Origin: a virus
Lineage: Duplodnaviria; Caudoviricetes
Virus record (IMG/VR): IMGVR_UViG_3300046115_000044
Coordinates: 1-25,550 of that record
Strand: one strand, 5' to 3'
DNA length: 25,550 bases
The first letter of the stretch is position 1. Each line of letters begins with the position of its first letter. The notes under the pieces are model-generated. The model saw nothing but the letters and a program-made list of their open reading frames with translations, was not told the origin of the DNA and did not search any database. A program made the translations under genes and the position numbers. This document shows positions 22,661 to 25,550 of this stretch, piece after piece.

Positions 22661-23310
22661 GGGTAAGGCTCCACACGTTCGACCTCTTCATCCATCTTCA
22701 AGCCGTCTACGTTGAGCTGAAGATCAAAGGCCTCCTCAAGCATACCCCTCGCTGTCATAGCTAGCTCCTGCTCATTCGCTCGCATGTGGCAACGAATGAG
22801 AGCTGCTAGGACAACCGCCTCATCCATCTCGTCGGGCGTGATGAGAGAGTCGCCGCCTGCAGCTAGTGGTACTACTTCCTGACTAAAGATATGGTGGACA
22901 GTCATAGCTGCGTCAGGTGGTGGAATCAGGTAGAGATACTGAATCGCCTCTTCCGCCCAAATGAAGTACTGAGTTGAGTCTCCTCTACCACCAGTACCCG
23001 CTAGGTCCAGCGGATACCAATTCTCCAAGAAATCCTGCTCAGATAGTGGCTTCAGAGCTCGTCGGCGGTCGTTGGGAGACGTAACCACAGCCTTGAGTGA
23101 GCTGTCGAAGGTGGCAGCGAGTGCCTTTCTAAAGTCACCGACTGCGAAGGCGAGGTCCTCAGAATCCTTCTCCCACCACCAACGCGAAGCGCGAGCTACC
23201 TGAAAGTAACCCCAGTTGATGTAGCGAGTTCGTTGGGCAGGTGAGAACCCGGCGAAGCCTCTAGCTATCAGCTCCGCGTCGAGTTCTGTGAGCGTCATCG
23301 GCACGGGCAC
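22651..23310 (-). CDS. Head-to-tail adaptor protein
   Basis: MTLTEL...YINWG...YLIPPPD...PDEMDEAVVLAAL pattern, size and position typical of podovirus adaptors. Confidence 0.75.
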   Translation of the reverse strand: MPVPMTLTELDAELIARGFAGFSPAQRTRYINWGYFQVARASRWWWEKDSEDLAFAVGDFRKALAATFDSSLKAVVTSPNDRRRALKPLSEQDFLENWYPLDLAGTGGRGDSTQYFIWAEEAIQYLYLIPPPDAAMTVHHIFSQEVVPLAAGGDSLITPDEMDEAVVLAALIRCHMRANEQELAMTARGMLEEAFDLQLNVDGLKMDEEVERVEPYPWP

Positions 23311-23767
23311 TCACATCCTTCTCTACCAGAATGGAGGCTCCGAGACCCCGACCGTCTTCCTCGAGCGCCCAACCGAGGCGCTCACCAGCGGCACGAAGTT
23401 TATCCCGAGACTTTTCCTCATGCCCCTGCAAGAGTTCCTCGTTATCGCGGTCCATTTGGGACGCGAAGTCCTCGGACTCTGGAAGGAAATCGTCTCGGTG
23501 GTCAGGATTCTCGGAGCCCCAATGGTCTGCCGTAAGGAGTCGGTCAACACAACGCTGGTCTAGCTTATCTACGCTAAAAACGAGCCTGTCTGTGCCATCT
23601 AGGCACCTCTCGACTATATCGTAGCCGTCACTTTGCTCGTTGTAGTAAACGGAGATACGCCCTTCTCCCAACTCCTTGAGTCGCTGTACGATGCCAAGTA
23701 CATCGTCCTCCAGCGCCACGACGCCATGGCGCGTGTCGAACCAAGTCTTGACGCCGTAAAGCTCCAT
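23261..23767 (-). CDS. Hypothetical protein, 168 aa
   Basis: TAATG coupling to the capsid stop; co-oriented with the block. Confidence 0.75.
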   Translation of the reverse strand: MELYGVKTWFDTRHGVVALEDDVLGIVQRLKELGEGRISVYYNEQSDGYDIVERCLDGTDRLVFSVDKLDQRCVDRLLTADHWGSENPDHRDDFLPESEDFASQMDRDNEELLQGHEEKSRDKLRAAGERLGWALEEDGRGLGASILVEKDVSARADDAHRTRRGADS

Positions 23768-25050
23768 TACGGGATGTCGTCAGCCAGGTTGTAGATTACG
23801 CCCTGGGTCTTTCGTCGAGCGCACCCGAAGTCGCAATACCGATACAGAGTGCCCTTGTAGGCGTCCTGATCGGGGCTCTCCACCTTGCGAAGCACGCGAC
23901 CATCTCGATCCATCCACTGGAAGTCGTTGCCATCCAGCCAGATCCAGAGGTAGTCACTCGGTCGGAGGAAGAACATATGCTGCTTCGGGAGATCGTCGTC
24001 GTAGAGCAGAGGCACTTCGTTGAACCAGATGAACTTGAAGCCACCATGCATGAGCCCTGCACTGGAGTCGTTCCAGCGCTTCTGGGCCTTCATGGTGTTC
24101 ACGTACCTACGGCGGACGCCGCGGGTCGTGATAATCATCTCGGTTTCCCAGCCCTCTGAGCCAATGTCGTCCAGGATCAGCTGTCCCTGATCCTCGTCGA
24201 ACGTAGTACCCAAGCCATCACGCTGCTTGGCCTTCGACCACTCGTTACCAGCAGCCGCAGCGTCGATGCCGTGGAGCGTAGAGAAGGCAGCAACGTCAGA
24301 ACGCGTGATGTTACGAAGTCCGTTGATCTCCTTCTCCCAGTTACCCTCCACTACCGGCACATGAGTAGCTGGAGTTACAGCAACGTCAGCTCCGTCGTAA
24401 GTAACCACGCGAGTAGAAGTGTTGATTGCCGTGATCTTGCGGTTAGCAGCGAGCACCGCATCAGTAGTCTTGTTGATGAGGTCGATGAACATACCGACCC
24501 GGAGGTACTGCAGGTTGTCCACAGTGAACGTGTTAGCACCGTCTGCTGTGGTTTCAGCGAGTCGTCCTGTCTGCTCACCGTAGGCCTGACGGTTCAGGTC
24601 CTTCCGCAGGTCGTTGATTGCTCCTTCGGTCTCCGCTTCGAGGAGCTTCAGATACGCTCCGATGGTCCTCTCAGAGACTGCGATGGAGAATCCCGACAGC
24701 TGGATGGACTTGTAGAACCGACGAACCTTGTCGATGAGGTCAGCCCAGCTCTGCTCACCGGCGACAGGCAGCGTGCCTGACTCGTCGCGAGCAGTACCAG
24801 ACTCGTTGCGGCCCTTGTGGACCGCCATGACCCATCGACGACCGGCGAACTGAACCATCTCAGCATCCCTAGAGATCCCACGATAGTCCAGAGTTTCACC
24901 CTTAGCTGCGTTCGCTGTACCGAACCCCTCAGCGAGCTCAGCGGGGGAGTAACCGAAGAGCAGGATAGCCCGCTGATTCACCATCTCTCTGACTACTGGT
25001 AGATAGTAGTCCTTGAGGATGGCATCAGCCTTGGCAGTGTCCTGCGCCAC
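23767..25050 (-). CDS. Major capsid protein (HK97 fold)
   Basis: 427 aa; ILKDYY.P.VRE..N, E...LP, DLNRQAYG, EINGL, GGF..I.F..VPL..D...P, G....K.QG.I..L; AAGGGAGG RBS; downstream of the scaffold. Confidence 0.9.
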   Translation of the reverse strand: MAQDTAKADAILKDYYLPVVREMVNQRAILLFGYSPAELAEGFGTANAAKGETLDYRGISRDAEMVQFAGRRWVMAVHKGRNESGTARDESGTLPVAGEQSWADLIDKVRRFYKSIQLSGFSIAVSERTIGAYLKLLEAETEGAINDLRKDLNRQAYGEQTGRLAETTADGANTFTVDNLQYLRVGMFIDLINKTTDAVLAANRKITAINTSTRVVTYDGADVAVTPATHVPVVEGNWEKEINGLRNITRSDVAAFSTLHGIDAAAAGNEWSKAKQRDGLGTTFDEDQGQLILDDIGSEGWETEMIITTRGVRRRYVNTMKAQKRWNDSSAGLMHGGFKFIWFNEVPLLYDDDLPKQHMFFLRPSDYLWIWLDGNDFQWMDRDGRVLRKVESPDQDAYKGTLYRYCDFGCARRKTQGVIYNLADDIP

Positions 25051-25064
25051 TTAGTCCCTCCCTT

Positions 25065-25394
25065 CTAGAAGCCTTTGAACTCTCCGCGCAGAGTGATGCC
25101 AGTCAGAGAGGTAGCGTTTGGCACCTCTTCCTGAAAGTCATCAATCTGGTCAGTGCGGTAGAGCTTGACCTTGTTGGCAGCGTAGTCATAGTCAGCGACT
25201 ACACCTACGGCAGCGCCACCACCACCTCCGATATTCGCCTGAACGACCTTAGCAGATAGCTCCAGGTCACGCAGGAAACCGTTGGTGGGGGCCTCGCCGC
25301 CAGTGGTATACGTTCCGGAGAACGCAAGGGTTGCTCGCTTGACGTAACGAGAGCCCTCCACGTCCCGGTCAACGATGGTAACGGCGACTGCCAC
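25065..25394 (-). CDS. Small beta-rich virion protein (possible capsid decoration/cement)
   Basis: FSGTYTTGGE...YDYAANKVKLY...EVPNATSL; AAGGAGG RBS; adjacent to the MCP. Confidence 0.55.
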   Translation of the reverse strand: MAVAVTIVDRDVEGSRYVKRATLAFSGTYTTGGEAPTNGFLRDLELSAKVVQANIGGGGGAAVGVVADYDYAANKVKLYRTDQIDDFQEEVPNATSLTGITLRGEFKGF

Positions 25395-25550
25395 TTATTC
25401 CTCCTTCAGAGACTTCTCAAGAGCCACCCTTGCCAAAGCACTTGCTTCACTAAGTGTCTTCGGCGCAGCTGGCACGTTCGGGGATATAGCTCCATCCCCT
25501 GGCACCGGAGTTGGGGAACGGGGAAGTTCAGTGATAGGCTTGAGGTCAGC
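25395..25550 (-). CDS. C-terminus of probable capsid scaffolding protein (partial)
   Basis: Open frame ADLKPITELPRSPTPVPGDGAISPNVPAAPKTLSEASALARVALEKSLKEE*; Pro-rich linker plus terminal helix upstream of the capsid genes. Confidence 0.6.
   Translation of the reverse strand, partial: ADLKPITELPRSPTPVPGDGAISPNVPAAPKTLSEASALARVALEKSLKEE

Larger units (their letters stand above)
1..25550. mobile_element. Tailed phage genome segment (podovirus-like, probable actinobacterial host)
   Basis: Dense, overlapping phage genes across the whole window: a replication block on + converging with a capsid/adaptor/nozzle/fibre/ejection/holin block on -. No tape-measure or tail-tube gene between capsid and holin; no host housekeeping genes. 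Confidence 0.95.

Noticed and set aside
1-25550. Stop-codon reassignment, introns/inteins, tRNAs, reverse transcriptase/DGR, or purine (Z, deazaguanine) modification genes
   Set aside because: TAG, TGA and TAA all end full-length genes; polymerase and helicase are uninterrupted; no intergenic space or motifs for these were seen by eye.

Overview
A 25.5 kb slice of a tailed dsDNA phage genome, most likely a podovirus-type phage of Actinobacteria. The host call rests on an r1t-type holin, actinophage-style tail-fibre repeats and extended -10 promoters. Two convergent gene blocks meet at a triple-hairpin terminator region near 12.0 kb. The + strand (1-11945) carries a SNF2-type helicase and a pyrimidine nucleotide cluster: a dNMP kinase, a MazG-like pyrophosphatase, two thymidylate-synthase-fold proteins and a dCMP deaminase. 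These are followed by a family-A DNA polymerase with an N-terminal family-4 uracil-DNA glycosylase domain, a Cas4-like exonuclease/Sak4-like ATPase/SSB/VRR-NUC recombination module, and a signal-peptide lytic transglycosylase. The - strand (25550-12050) carries the scaffold end, major capsid, adaptor, nozzle, tail fibre, putative ejection proteins, a two-domain peptidoglycan hydrolase and a holin/membrane-protein cassette. The most interesting element is the putative DNA base-modification system. One TS homolog has Asp at the position where dUMP-specific ThyA has Asn, as dCMP-acting enzymes do. It is paired with a degenerate TS paralog, a deaminase and a UDG-fused polymerase with altered motifs. 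All family calls come from reading motifs by eye; no searches were run.
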